Assembly (NCBI GenBank): GCA_963790825.1 | Contig: CAWBPM010000004.1 | Coordinates: 30,987 to 94,986, forward strand | Reading direction: 5' to 3' | DNA length: 64,000 nucleotides | From: Candidatus Levyibacteriota bacterium | Lineage (GTDB): Bacteria; Patescibacteriota; Microgenomatia; Levybacterales; UBA12049 | In this document: positions 31,368 through 41,466 of the stretch, piece by piece | How the letters are laid out: every line of letters starts with the position of its first letter | Numbering within the stretch: the first letter of the stretch is position 1 | Notes under the pieces: generated by a model | Told to the model about the DNA's origin: nothing | The model's input: only the letters and a program-made list of their open reading frames with translations | The model's database searches: none | Translations under genes and position numbers: made by a program

Positions 31368-32218
31368 TAGTAAACCTCTTTTCTCATCTCAAGTATCGGA
31401 ATAGTTGGTTGCGGCTGAACCCCGTCTTCAGGCAGTTTATATTTATTTCTCTGATTAATCATACTGAAGTTTCTGGTCGGATGATTGATAATGATTGGGT
31501 ATCTGCTTGTCTCTCCAGCCAATCTGCCTAATGTTAAATACTGCGCCATTGTTCGGATCGTTCGATCCACGAGAAAACCTGACTGCTCGCAATATGGAAG
31601 ATTCGCAAGTACGTCCTGGTACATTCTTTGGTACATCGGCATTCTTCCGATCACATCGCCTTGAACCCGAAGAGCAAAAGATGAGTTGTTTTCGTAATAT
31701 AAGTTGAGTACATGTTGGTAGGAAGATTGCGTTTGCAAAAATCTACGTCGGGAAAATTCTTGAAAGAAACTGCTTGAGACCACCTTTCCATAGCGCAGTC
31801 TGGGGAATGTCCCGCTAAGAACTGCTTGTGTTTTGCTCATTGAAACATAACACCTTCGTAAAAATTCTTCCTCCGAACCGCCGGTAAATCTACTGCAGAA
31901 AACATCATCTGTTGCTTCTACATCAGCTATCATTATTATGTATCGAAATGGTATGCCTGTTTCTTCGAAAATCTTAAAGAGCGTGTCTGCATACTGCAAA
32001 TGGTAACAGGTAAGTAAAGGAACATCTTCTCCCAGCGACTTATGATTATATAATCCGTTAGAGTGCGAATAATCAGGACAACTGCCCACGTAAATTGTTA
32101 AAGGAACTGAATCTGTAGCCTTTGCAAAATAATTCTGTAGATTTCTGGTTTCTGTTTTATTCTTAGGAAGAGCTAATATGTCTATTGCCGCTATTTTATT
32201 GCCTATCGATTCAGGCAA
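31367..32218 (-). CDS. hypothetical protein (283 aa) with conserved Cys pairs (GSCPDY, LLTCY)
   Basis: ORF only. Confidence 0.45.
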   Translation of the reverse strand: MPESIGNKIAAIDILALPKNKTETRNLQNYFAKATDSVPLTIYVGSCPDYSHSNGLYNHKSLGEDVPLLTCYHLQYADTLFKIFEETGIPFRYIIMIADVEATDDVFCSRFTGGSEEEFLRRCYVSMSKTQAVLSGTFPRLRYGKVVSSSFFQEFSRRRFLQTQSSYQHVLNLYYENNSSFALRVQGDVIGRMPMYQRMYQDVLANLPYCEQSGFLVDRTIRTMAQYLTLGRLAGETSRYPIIINHPTRNFSMINQRNKYKLPEDGVQPQPTIPILEMRKEVY

Positions 32219-32316
32219 CTGGTTTCTGTTGTCTCTATCCCCAAACTAACCCCTGAACCCCTAAGGGTTGAGGGGCTTCCTCTCCATAATTTTGCAAAAA
32301 TTCTGCTTTCATATGT

Positions 32317-32607
32317 TTATATATTTGTAAAATATCCTTTCTGTATTTCTTTTGAGCCTCGGGTAACTGTCGCGATGCCGACGCCTAATTTCGAAGCTAT
32401 CTCATGTTGACTGACACCCTGTTTCAACATTTTAACAATGACAAGTCGCATCGGCAATTCCAATAATTCTTTCGGCGTTAGTATCCCTACCAGAAAAGAA
32501 CGCATTTCTTGTTTTGACTTTATCCGTACAAGTGTTTCCGCAAGATCATCTAACTGTTTTTCACGATTCATGTATACTATTATACTAGTATACTGATGCG
32601 TTGTCAA
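32317..32607 (-). CDS. TrpR/YerC-YecD-like DNA-binding protein
   Basis: 96 aa; ...QHEIASKLGVGIATVTRGS helix-turn-helix typical of TrpR-like family. Confidence 0.65.
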   Translation of the reverse strand: MTTHQYTSIIVYMNREKQLDDLAETLVRIKSKQEMRSFLVGILTPKELLELPMRLVIVKMLKQGVSQHEIASKLGVGIATVTRGSKEIQKGYFTNI

Positions 32608-32613
32608 GAGGGT

Positions 32614-34052
<1,439 letters not shown>

Positions 34053-34070
<18 letters not shown>

Positions 34071-35507
34071 TTTATTTACTTCCGCTTTAAATTGTTCTCC
34101 CCGCTCTTTGTAATTTGTAAACATATCGAAACTGGCACACGCCGGAGAAAGTAAAACTACGTCTCCTGGCTCTGTAATCTTATTTGCAGCTTGTACAATA
34201 GTTTTCATATCTTTCGCTCCTTCAATAATTGAAAATTGAGAACCTTGTCCTGAGCTCTTCGAGTCTGAGCCTGAGGGCTCGTCCCTCAGAGTCGAATGAC
34301 TTGTCGAAGGATTGGGAGTTGAAAATTGTTCTTTTATTCTTTCCCATTCTTCTCCAATGCCAATAATTGCTTTAATATTTTTTGCCAGGCGGATGGTTTT
34401 GCCAAGTTCCGAAAAATCGCTATTTTTACTTGATCCGCCCAGAACAAGAATTTCAGGATTAGTAAATGCTTCGATCGCAGCAATTGCGGTTTCAGGAGTG
34501 GTTGAAAACGAATCGTCATAGTACAAAACGCCATCCATCTCTTTTACGAGTTCCAATCGATGCGCAAGCCCTTTAAACGTCTTCAAAACGGTAATAATGT
34601 GCTCTTTCGAAATTCCTGCCAATGTCGCTGCCATAACTGCAGCACAAATATTTTCCAGATTGTGCTTTCCCGGCAGTAGTACCTCACTAATTGGTAAAAT
34701 TTCCTGCTTGGAATTATTATTCCGAAGCCAAATCTTTCCGTCTTGAACAAAACACCCTTGCTCTGTCTCCCCCTCTCTGCTTACCCAATACAAATGTCCG
34801 TCCGTGTAAATATCCGATTCTAGCGTCGGCAAGTAGTCCCGATTTAAAATAGCAAAATCCGAAGACCGTTGGAAACGGAGTATATTTCGTTTTGCCTCAA
34901 TGTATTCTGTCATATCTAAATGGTAATTTAGGTGTTCAGGTACGATCATAAGTATAACTGCAATATGAGGACTTCGTGCTAGGTCTTGGAGCTGAAAACT
35001 GGAGAGTTCCAAAACAACCAGAGACTGAACAGTAAGTTTGTCCAAAAAAGTCAACGGGGGAAGCCCTATATTTCCTCCCAGATACGCATCTTTACCTGCA
35101 ACTTTTAGCATTTCATAGATGAGACTGGACGTCGTTCCTTTACCCTTCGTTCCGGTAACAGCGATAATAGTGCTTGGGCAGAAATCAAAAAATAGTTTTG
35201 TTTGAGACGTAATCGTAATACCGTTTTTACTTGCCTCCTGAAGCTTGTTCTCCAGCCTACTGATACCGGGACTCCTGACCAGAAGCGAGAACTGGTCCAG
35301 ATGATCGAGATACTCTTCTCCTGTTATAAACTTTGCCCCCAGAGCTTTGATTCTATTGACAAATTCCAAACTTAATTCCGACTCTGCCCGCTTATCAAGA
35401 ATCGTAACAACTGCTCCTCTATCAATGAGGAATTTCGCGCTCGACAAACCTTCCACGCCGAGTCCGATAATGCCGACTTTTTTACCTGTGTATTGTCCTT
35501 TTTCCAT
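34053..35507 (-). CDS. murD: UDP-N-acetylmuramoylalanine--D-glutamate ligase with Ser-rich C-terminal insertion
   Basis: 484 aa; GKKVGIIGLGVEGLS N-terminus, GTKGKGTT P-loop, DVVLLSPACASFDMF C-terminal motif; insertion TPNPSTSHSTLRDEPSGSDSKSSGQGSQF coincides with GC-rich nested inverted repeat at 34261-34294. Confidence 0.9.
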
Positions 35508-35515
35508 TGTTGTCC

Positions 35516-36298
35516 TTATAAATCTACCTTCTCTACGTGCATTTTTTTAAACCCTACCAGTTCTCCGGCTACCTTTTGAAACTCAATTGGGTTTTTACTC
35601 GTATAATAGTAATCTACACTCTTTCCTGTGTCCAGTAAATGCTCCCCGAGCAAAACTTCTTGTACACGCCTAGCAATTGCTGCTCCCGAGTCAAGAACCG
35701 TAACCCCTTCTCCCATTATTTCCTTAACTAATGGTCTGAGAAATGCATAGTGAGTGGAGCCAAGTCCAATCGCATCAATTTTATCATAGCGCAGTTTATT
35801 AAGAACTTGTCGCAACTTTTCTTTTGTCTCCTCTCTGTGGAGTTTCCCAGCTTCTATAAGCTCGACTAAGCCCTCACCAGGCAATATTTCTACATGCGTA
35901 CCTTGCGCGTACTTAGCAATTAAATCTGTAAGATACTTACTTTTTGCAGTCGCCGGTGTCACCAAAACCGCAATATGTTTGGTTTTACTCATGTCTGCAA
36001 GCGGTTTAATGACCGGAACAGTACCCACAACCGGAACATTGGCAATTTTGCGCATATGTGAAAGCACATACACCGTAGCAGTATTACATGCAGAAACAAT
36101 AAGCTTTACCTGCTTTTGTTTAAGAAACGCAATAATACGTCCGGTAAAGTCGTGAAGTTCTGCTTCTGACTTTTCTCCATAGGGAAGGTTTGCTTGATCT
36201 GCAACGTAAATAAATGATTCAAGAGGTAAAAGCTGTTTTATCTCAGACAAGACGCTCAAACCACCCACTCCTGAGTCAAAAATTCCTATTGGCTGCAT
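35516..36298 (-). CDS. murI: glutamate racemase
   Basis: 260 aa; IGIFDSGVGGLSV and CNTAT motifs. Confidence 0.9.
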   Translation of the reverse strand: MQPIGIFDSGVGGLSVLSEIKQLLPLESFIYVADQANLPYGEKSEAELHDFTGRIIAFLKQKQVKLIVSACNTATVYVLSHMRKIANVPVVGTVPVIKPLADMSKTKHIAVLVTPATAKSKYLTDLIAKYAQGTHVEILPGEGLVELIEAGKLHREETKEKLRQVLNKLRYDKIDAIGLGSTHYAFLRPLVKEIMGEGVTVLDSGAAIARRVQEVLLGEHLLDTGKSVDYYYTSKNPIEFQKVAGELVGFKKMHVEKVDL

Positions 36299-36375
36299 AA
36301 TATTAAATAAATGAGGCTCGTTTCAAATAATTTCTTAACTTTGAATTCTAAATTTTAAATTTTTAATTAATTTCG

Positions 36376-36447
36376 TACCAGGGATGGGGATCGAACCCAT
36401 AACCGCAGCGTTATGAATGCTGTGCTCCACCATTGAGCTACCCTGGC
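36376..36447 (-). tRNA. tRNA-Met or tRNA-Ile2 (anticodon CAU), no encoded CCA
   Basis: Revcomp GCCAGGGTAGCTCAATGGTGGAGCACAGCATTCATAACGCTGCGGTTATGGGTTCGATCCCCATCCCTGGTA; D-stem GCTC/GAGC, anticodon loop TTCATAA, T-loop TTCGATC. Confidence 0.8.
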
Positions 36448-36556
36448 TTATTCTTGTATTAAGTATAAAGTATTATGTAATAAGTATAAATAACCACCTT
36501 ACTTTTAACTTTTAAACTTTACCTTTTTACTTGCGTCAAAGTATATCAGGTTGACC

Positions 36557-36585
36557 ATGTTGAAATCAATTGCTATACTATGGTG
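36557..36585 (+). promoter_or_regulatory. sigma70-like promoter TTGACC-17-TATACT upstream of initiator-like tRNA
   Basis: Hexamers read directly; ~120-nt leader before tRNA. Confidence 0.45.
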
Positions 36586-36714
36586 TCTGGTGTCTCTAAA
36601 AGACAGGTTTTTAATAAATTGATCGTAAAAATGCAAAATCGTTGCCCGAAAGTGTCGATTTTGCAAGCCTTAAAGGGAAATCGTTGGGAAAAACCGTGAG
36701 GTTTGTTCCATATA

Positions 36715-36782
36715 CGCGGGGTAGTGTAAGGTGCACGTGAGGCTCATAATCTCACAGTCTGGTTTCGATACCAGCCCCGCAA
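36715..36782 (+). tRNA. initiator-like tRNA-Met (anticodon CAU; C1-A72 mismatch), compact D and T arms, no CCA
   Basis: CGCGGGGTAGTGTAAGGTGCACGTGAGGCTCATAATCTCACAGTCTGGTTTCGATACCAGCCCCGCAA: acceptor CGCGGGG/CCCCGCA with C1-A72 as in bacterial tRNA-fMet, anticodon loop CTCATAA; D-loop and T-loop shorter than canonical. Confidence 0.55.
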
Positions 36783-36981
36783 CAAGGGTACGTAGTATAA
36801 ACAGAGTAGCTAATTTTATATCCCAGACGATTTTCTACAGGCTTATAGCCAACTTCAAGCATCTCCTCAACAACTACCTTCTCTGAAAGTAATTGTACCT
36901 TAATTCTCTTTACCAAACGCTAATATCTTATAGTAGATAGAAGTTGATAAAAGGATTGTGAGCTTGTCTCTTGAAAAATTG

Positions 36982-37323
36982 TTAAAAAAATAAGTCGTAC
37001 CATTTTTGCCAATTTGGTTTCTGTTGAGTCTTTTTCTGCGGAGACGGTGTCGGCTCAAAGCTTATCTGCGGCAACACCACAAGTTGCTCCCCAGGCTTTA
37101 CCATAAGAAGTCTATCTCGTGCCTGCTCTTCAAGAAAATGTGGACTTTGAACCTTTACCAATTGTTTTTTTAAAGTTTGATTAGTCTTTTTCTCGCTCTT
37201 CAGCTGTTTTTGGGCGGTAATAAGGAGATCCTGCTTTTGCCAGAGACTGTAAATTGATAAAGCTAAATTATTGATAATGATGAGCGAAGCTAATATAATG
37301 CAGAAGAATATGAGTTTTCTCAT
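36982..37323 (-). CDS. ftsB: FtsB/DivIC-like septum formation initiator
   Basis: Single TM then coiled coil and EEQARDRLLMVKPGEQLVVLP signature; start at ATG 37323 with GGGAGAA RBS (ORF track extends to 37377). Confidence 0.65.
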   Translation of the reverse strand: MRKLIFFCIILASLIIINNLALSIYSLWQKQDLLITAQKQLKSEKKTNQTLKKQLVKVQSPHFLEEQARDRLLMVKPGEQLVVLPQISFEPTPSPQKKTQQKPNWQKWYDLFF

Positions 37324-37429
37324 AGTTTTAGTATTTTCTCCCTGTTCTCGCTTTTCCCTTCTTTCACCCAAAATCATTTTTATGCTTGACGAATAGCAAA
37401 AATACTGATATTATGGGATCTATACTATT

Positions 37430-38290
37430 ATGAAACCAGTTAAAATTTGGGATGCTCATAAGGAATTTACCGATTTCCTGCGTAGCAAGAACCATTCCAG
37501 TGCTACTATTCTAGCATATGGCAAAGATATCGATCAGCTTTCCACTTTCTTAGAAGAACTTGATAAACATCATGTACACGAGGTTACTCACGAAGATTTA
37601 CAGGCATTTCTGGCAAGTATGTCAAAAAAGGGCTATACGCCAAAATCAGTGTCTCGTAAGTTGAATTCAACCCGAACTTTTTATCGCTTTCTTAAAGTAA
37701 ACGAGTACGTGACTGACGATCCTTCGCTTCTCGTCTCTCATCCGCGTTACGAACTGGCACCGCCTCGTATTTTAAAACCGACTGAATACCGCGCGCTTCG
37801 CGATGCAGCCCGCAATGATCCAAGAATGTATGCAATTATTGAACTGTTACTTCAGACCGGTATTAGAATCGGCGAGCTTGCCGGACTCCGGCTGAGTGAT
37901 ATTGAAGAGGACTATCTAAAAATCAGACCATTTGAGAAACACGCAGAGCGCCTGGTCCCTCTTAATCGATCAGTAAAAGAGGCAATAGGTAAGTATTTAG
38001 CGGTTCGCCCAAAAGTAGCGAGTGATTATATTTTTGTTACCAAATCGGGCAAGCCTTTTCTGGTCCGGAATATCAGAACGGCAATTGAGCGCTATTTCCG
38101 CCTTGCCGGGATTGAAGATGCTAAGGTAAATGATTTGCGTCATACCTTTGTCGTCCATCATCTGAAGCATGGTGTTTCGCTCGTTCTTCTTTCAAAAATT
38201 CTCGGACATAAACGTATTTCCACTACCGAACGCTACCTGGAATTCGTCAACGACCGCGGAAAAGACACCACCAACCTAACCGAGCTGTAG
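37430..38290 (+). CDS. xerC: tyrosine recombinase, XerC/XerD-like (phage integrase family)
   Basis: 286 aa; N-terminal SAM-like core-binding domain, catalytic R...H-x-x-R...Y (LRHTFVVHHL, HKRISTTERYLEF). Confidence 0.8.
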   Translation: MKPVKIWDAHKEFTDFLRSKNHSSATILAYGKDIDQLSTFLEELDKHHVHEVTHEDLQAFLASMSKKGYTPKSVSRKLNSTRTFYRFLKVNEYVTDDPSLLVSHPRYELAPPRILKPTEYRALRDAARNDPRMYAIIELLLQTGIRIGELAGLRLSDIEEDYLKIRPFEKHAERLVPLNRSVKEAIGKYLAVRPKVASDYIFVTKSGKPFLVRNIRTAIERYFRLAGIEDAKVNDLRHTFVVHHLKHGVSLVLLSKILGHKRISTTERYLEFVNDRGKDTTNLTEL

Positions 38291-38355
38291 AAACCGCCAC
38301 ATTCTTCTCTTTTTGCCAATTCTCAATAAAAACAGTTTTTTAATAAATAAAAATG

Positions 38356-38428
38356 TGCGCCTGCTTGGAGTTGAACCAAACACCTGTTGTTTATAAGACA
38401 ACCGCTCTAACCGCTGAGCTACAGGCGC
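38356..38428 (-). tRNA. tRNA-Ile with anticodon UAU, no encoded CCA
   Basis: Revcomp GCGCCTGTAGCTCAGCGGTTAGAGCGGTTGTCTTATAAACAACAGGTGTTTGGTTCAACTCCAAGCAGGCGCA: perfect 7-bp acceptor, D GCTC/GAGC, anticodon stem GTTGT/ACAAC with loop CTTATAA (34-36 = TAT), T-loop TTCAACT. Confidence 0.8.
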
Positions 38429-38492
38429 ATATCTATCTATACCTAGCGATTGTAGCAAAAAACTGAAGAAAGTGGAAATAGGAAGAGCAGCA

Positions 38493-40811
38493 TTATAATC
38501 TTGCGCGCTGTGAAACTTCGGCTTCAATCATGTGTACATCCCGGCCGTATTTCAGACGCGACAGTTCTTTTACTAGTTGTGATACGCGGGGATTTTTCAG
38601 TTTCGCTTGTTCTGTAAAATTTGGTACCGTATCCAAAGAGAACGGCGTCACGGGTTCTCCACCTCCTACTGTCGTCTTCATATACGCATTAAAGCGGTCG
38701 ACATTAATGAGGTCCGCCTCATTAAATACCGGCTGGAATTCGTGTTGAATATAGTTGGCATCAGTGACGCCTATTCGGAAAGAAACGATCGTACCGACAT
38801 TTCCGAAAATTGCATTTTTCACTTCTTCTTCCATCTGACCGATAAACTGGTTTGCAACGATCAAATTCAAGCGGTATTTTCTCGCCTCCGAAAGAATTTG
38901 CGCGAAATCAGGAGTGGCGAAGTTTTGAAACTCGTCGACATAGAGAAAGAAATCTTTTCGCAGGTCCATCGGCATATCCTGCCTCGACATTGCGGCAATT
39001 AAAATTCTCGGCACCAGAACTAAGCCTAAAAATTGTGAATTCTCCTCACCGATGAGACCTTTCGACAAATTGATAAGAATAATCTTCCTCTCGTCCATTG
39101 CTTGGCGGAAATTAAACGCGCTATACGACTGACCGATAATATTTCTGATCATCTTATTCGTCACGAATCTGCCGAATTTAGACACGATATAATCTAAAAC
39201 TTCTGATTTATGGAAATCTGATGTTTGGGCAATTTGATCGGTCCAATACCGTCTAATAATCGGGTCCTGGACTTTTGGCAAAAGTTCCTGGACAAATGCT
39301 TGATCTGTCAAGGCGCGAACCAGCTCAATAAGCGTACTTCCCGGCTCATACATAACCGTTAACATGGCGTTTCTGATCGCATGCTCAAACCGGGGTCCGA
39401 TGATACCGGTTTTATTCGGATCAAACAGCTTATACATCAGCCCGATAATACTTGAGACGACATAATGCTTCTGCTCTTCTGTTTGAGCTTCGAGCATGTT
39501 TATTCCGACCGGTCGCGCCGTATCTGACGGGTCAAAGAGAATGACATCTTCTGCCCGGTTCGGCGGCATCATACTTAAGATATCTTCAATTAAATCTCCA
39601 TGCGGATCAATGACCGCTATGCCTTCACCGTTTTTAATATCCTGCATAGCCATTTTCTTTAAGAATTCTGTTTTACCGGTACCGGTTTTTCCGACGATAT
39701 ACATGTGTCGTCTTCTGTCATCAAGTTCAATATAAACCGGCTTTGAGAGTCCTCTGAAAGTACTTTGCCCCAGATAGAGACCGCTAGTTGGCAAACTTGA
39801 TGGAGCCGGCGCACGCTTTGAGGCTACCCAATAAATTCCCGGTGTAGCAATAGCTTTATTCGGGAAATGGAAAATAGTCGCCAGCTCTTCGCTGGTCAGG
39901 ACTGAGGTTTGTCCCCACATGGGAAAATAGCGGTAGATAAAATCAGTAATAAAAAGTGATTTAAACCAATGTTTATTTTTGCTAAACGAATTAGCGCCGT
40001 TATACTGACTATACGCACTTGTGATGTTTGATAAATGAAGATCTGCAGTTTCTTTCGTGCTGCTCGAGACTACAATTCGTACTACCGCGTCAAAACCGGG
40101 CTTGCCCAGCTTATTCTCAATCGCCTCAATTTCTTTGGCATCAGAGGAATACTTGGCTGTTTCAGGATTTGACTCGGCTTTTTTCGTTTTAGACAGATAG
40201 CTTCTACCGATTTTTCGCCATTTGCTGTCAGCAGGGCTGACCAGGATTTGAATAGCCGCACCTTCTCCGTCACGCATCTTAGCTAAAATCGAAGTTAGGG
40301 ACGATATCGGATCGACAGGCAATTCTTTATAGACTTTTATCGGCATGTAATTACTGCTTTTGAGCCTGAGAGATGCAAATGCCACTTTTCCGCTCTCTGA
40401 AAAAATATTGTATTCTCCGCCGACTACGCCTACTGCTTTCGCTTTCGCGCCTGGATCTGTAACCGGAGCAATCTCAGCATCAGGATATGCGCCGTTAATT
40501 TGCTTTTCGATAAAATCGCGATACTTGTTTGGCGTATTGACATAAAAACGAATATCGCCGGGCATTCCGACTATTTCAAACGAGAGATGCGGTTGCTGTT
40601 TAAGAAATGCGAATCGTCCGCCTTTCCGAATCGAAGTCAAACTAGCAAAAAGCTGGTCTGCTGCATCTATTTTAATTTCATTATCTCGTGGCATTGATAC
40701 CTGAAGAAGCGTCGAGTTTAACGATTCGTACTCCCTATCTCTATTTCGATACCATAAGAGAAGCGCTTGAAACAGAGCAACCAGTCCGATAACTGAGGAT
40801 GCCGAGCCCAA
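38493..40811 (-). CDS. membrane-anchored P-loop ATPase of the TraG/VirD4/TrwB (type IV coupling protein)/FtsK-HerA superfamily
   Basis: 772 aa; N-terminal TM helix, ~330-aa unknown domain, Walker A IVGKTGTGKTE, downstream VIDPHGDL, Walker B FLYVDEFQNFA. Confidence 0.55.
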   Translation of the reverse strand: MGSASSVIGLVALFQALLLWYRNRDREYESLNSTLLQVSMPRDNEIKIDAADQLFASLTSIRKGGRFAFLKQQPHLSFEIVGMPGDIRFYVNTPNKYRDFIEKQINGAYPDAEIAPVTDPGAKAKAVGVVGGEYNIFSESGKVAFASLRLKSSNYMPIKVYKELPVDPISSLTSILAKMRDGEGAAIQILVSPADSKWRKIGRSYLSKTKKAESNPETAKYSSDAKEIEAIENKLGKPGFDAVVRIVVSSSTKETADLHLSNITSAYSQYNGANSFSKNKHWFKSLFITDFIYRYFPMWGQTSVLTSEELATIFHFPNKAIATPGIYWVASKRAPAPSSLPTSGLYLGQSTFRGLSKPVYIELDDRRRHMYIVGKTGTGKTEFLKKMAMQDIKNGEGIAVIDPHGDLIEDILSMMPPNRAEDVILFDPSDTARPVGINMLEAQTEEQKHYVVSSIIGLMYKLFDPNKTGIIGPRFEHAIRNAMLTVMYEPGSTLIELVRALTDQAFVQELLPKVQDPIIRRYWTDQIAQTSDFHKSEVLDYIVSKFGRFVTNKMIRNIIGQSYSAFNFRQAMDERKIILINLSKGLIGEENSQFLGLVLVPRILIAAMSRQDMPMDLRKDFFLYVDEFQNFATPDFAQILSEARKYRLNLIVANQFIGQMEEEVKNAIFGNVGTIVSFRIGVTDANYIQHEFQPVFNEADLINVDRFNAYMKTTVGGGEPVTPFSLDTVPNFTEQAKLKNPRVSQLVKELSRLKYGRDVHMIEAEVSQRARL

Positions 40812-40890
40812 CTATTCCTAATCCTAGTACAATAAGGAGAAAAGTAATATTATTTGTTGAGAAAAACTGTGCTTCCATATGCTTCTTTCT

Positions 40891-41379
40891 TTAACCGCTC
40901 ATGATCTGCTGGTGTGCTTTCTTTACTTGCTCAATTACCAACTCTGCTAACCAACGAACTGCTTCGGTGATAGGAAGTTTACTCTTTTTAATTTCTTCCG
41001 CTTTCGCCTCAGTCATTGGTAAAACAAGATTTCCTGACAACTGGGTCGGCGCAGGTGTTGCAGAAGCCGCGGGTGTTATTCCTACTGCGACTTGCGCAGG
41101 AGTTAATTGCACCTGCTGTGTATGATTTGGAGTTTGCTCTACGCCGATGGCCTTCACTTCGGGATGAAGTATCGGCGGCACCTCCGTTGGTTTTAGAACA
41201 ACATCTACTCCGTCGGTGCTTACCGGCGCGTGTTCCTTATTCCCGCTACTTACTGCATCTATTGGCGCATTTGCAACATCTGCTTGTTGTAAAGTACTAG
41301 CCGCCGGAGAACTAGGTTCTACAATGGTACCAACAGGTATTCCTTGCTGGGATACTGGTTTTGAGGTTTGGTTGTCCAT
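40891..41379 (-). CDS. Pro/Ala/Thr-rich hypothetical protein (162 aa)
   Basis: Low-complexity ORF downstream of the ATPase. Confidence 0.4.
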   Translation of the reverse strand: MDNQTSKPVSQQGIPVGTIVEPSSPAASTLQQADVANAPIDAVSSGNKEHAPVSTDGVDVVLKPTEVPPILHPEVKAIGVEQTPNHTQQVQLTPAQVAVGITPAASATPAPTQLSGNLVLPMTEAKAEEIKKSKLPITEAVRWLAELVIEQVKKAHQQIMSG

Positions 41380-41466
41380 ATAGGTCTATCTTAGCACGCG
41401 GAAGCTTTTTAGACAATTAAATTAAGCTGACAAAATGTTTACACTTTCTTGTAGTAAGTAAGAGCT

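Noticed and set aside
37430-38428. Integrase next to tRNA interpreted as a prophage
   Set aside because: No capsid, terminase, portal or other phage genes are visible; the neighbours on the recombinase side are cell-division and housekeeping genes. A XerC/D-like chromosomal recombinase or a degraded integrative element is more plausible.
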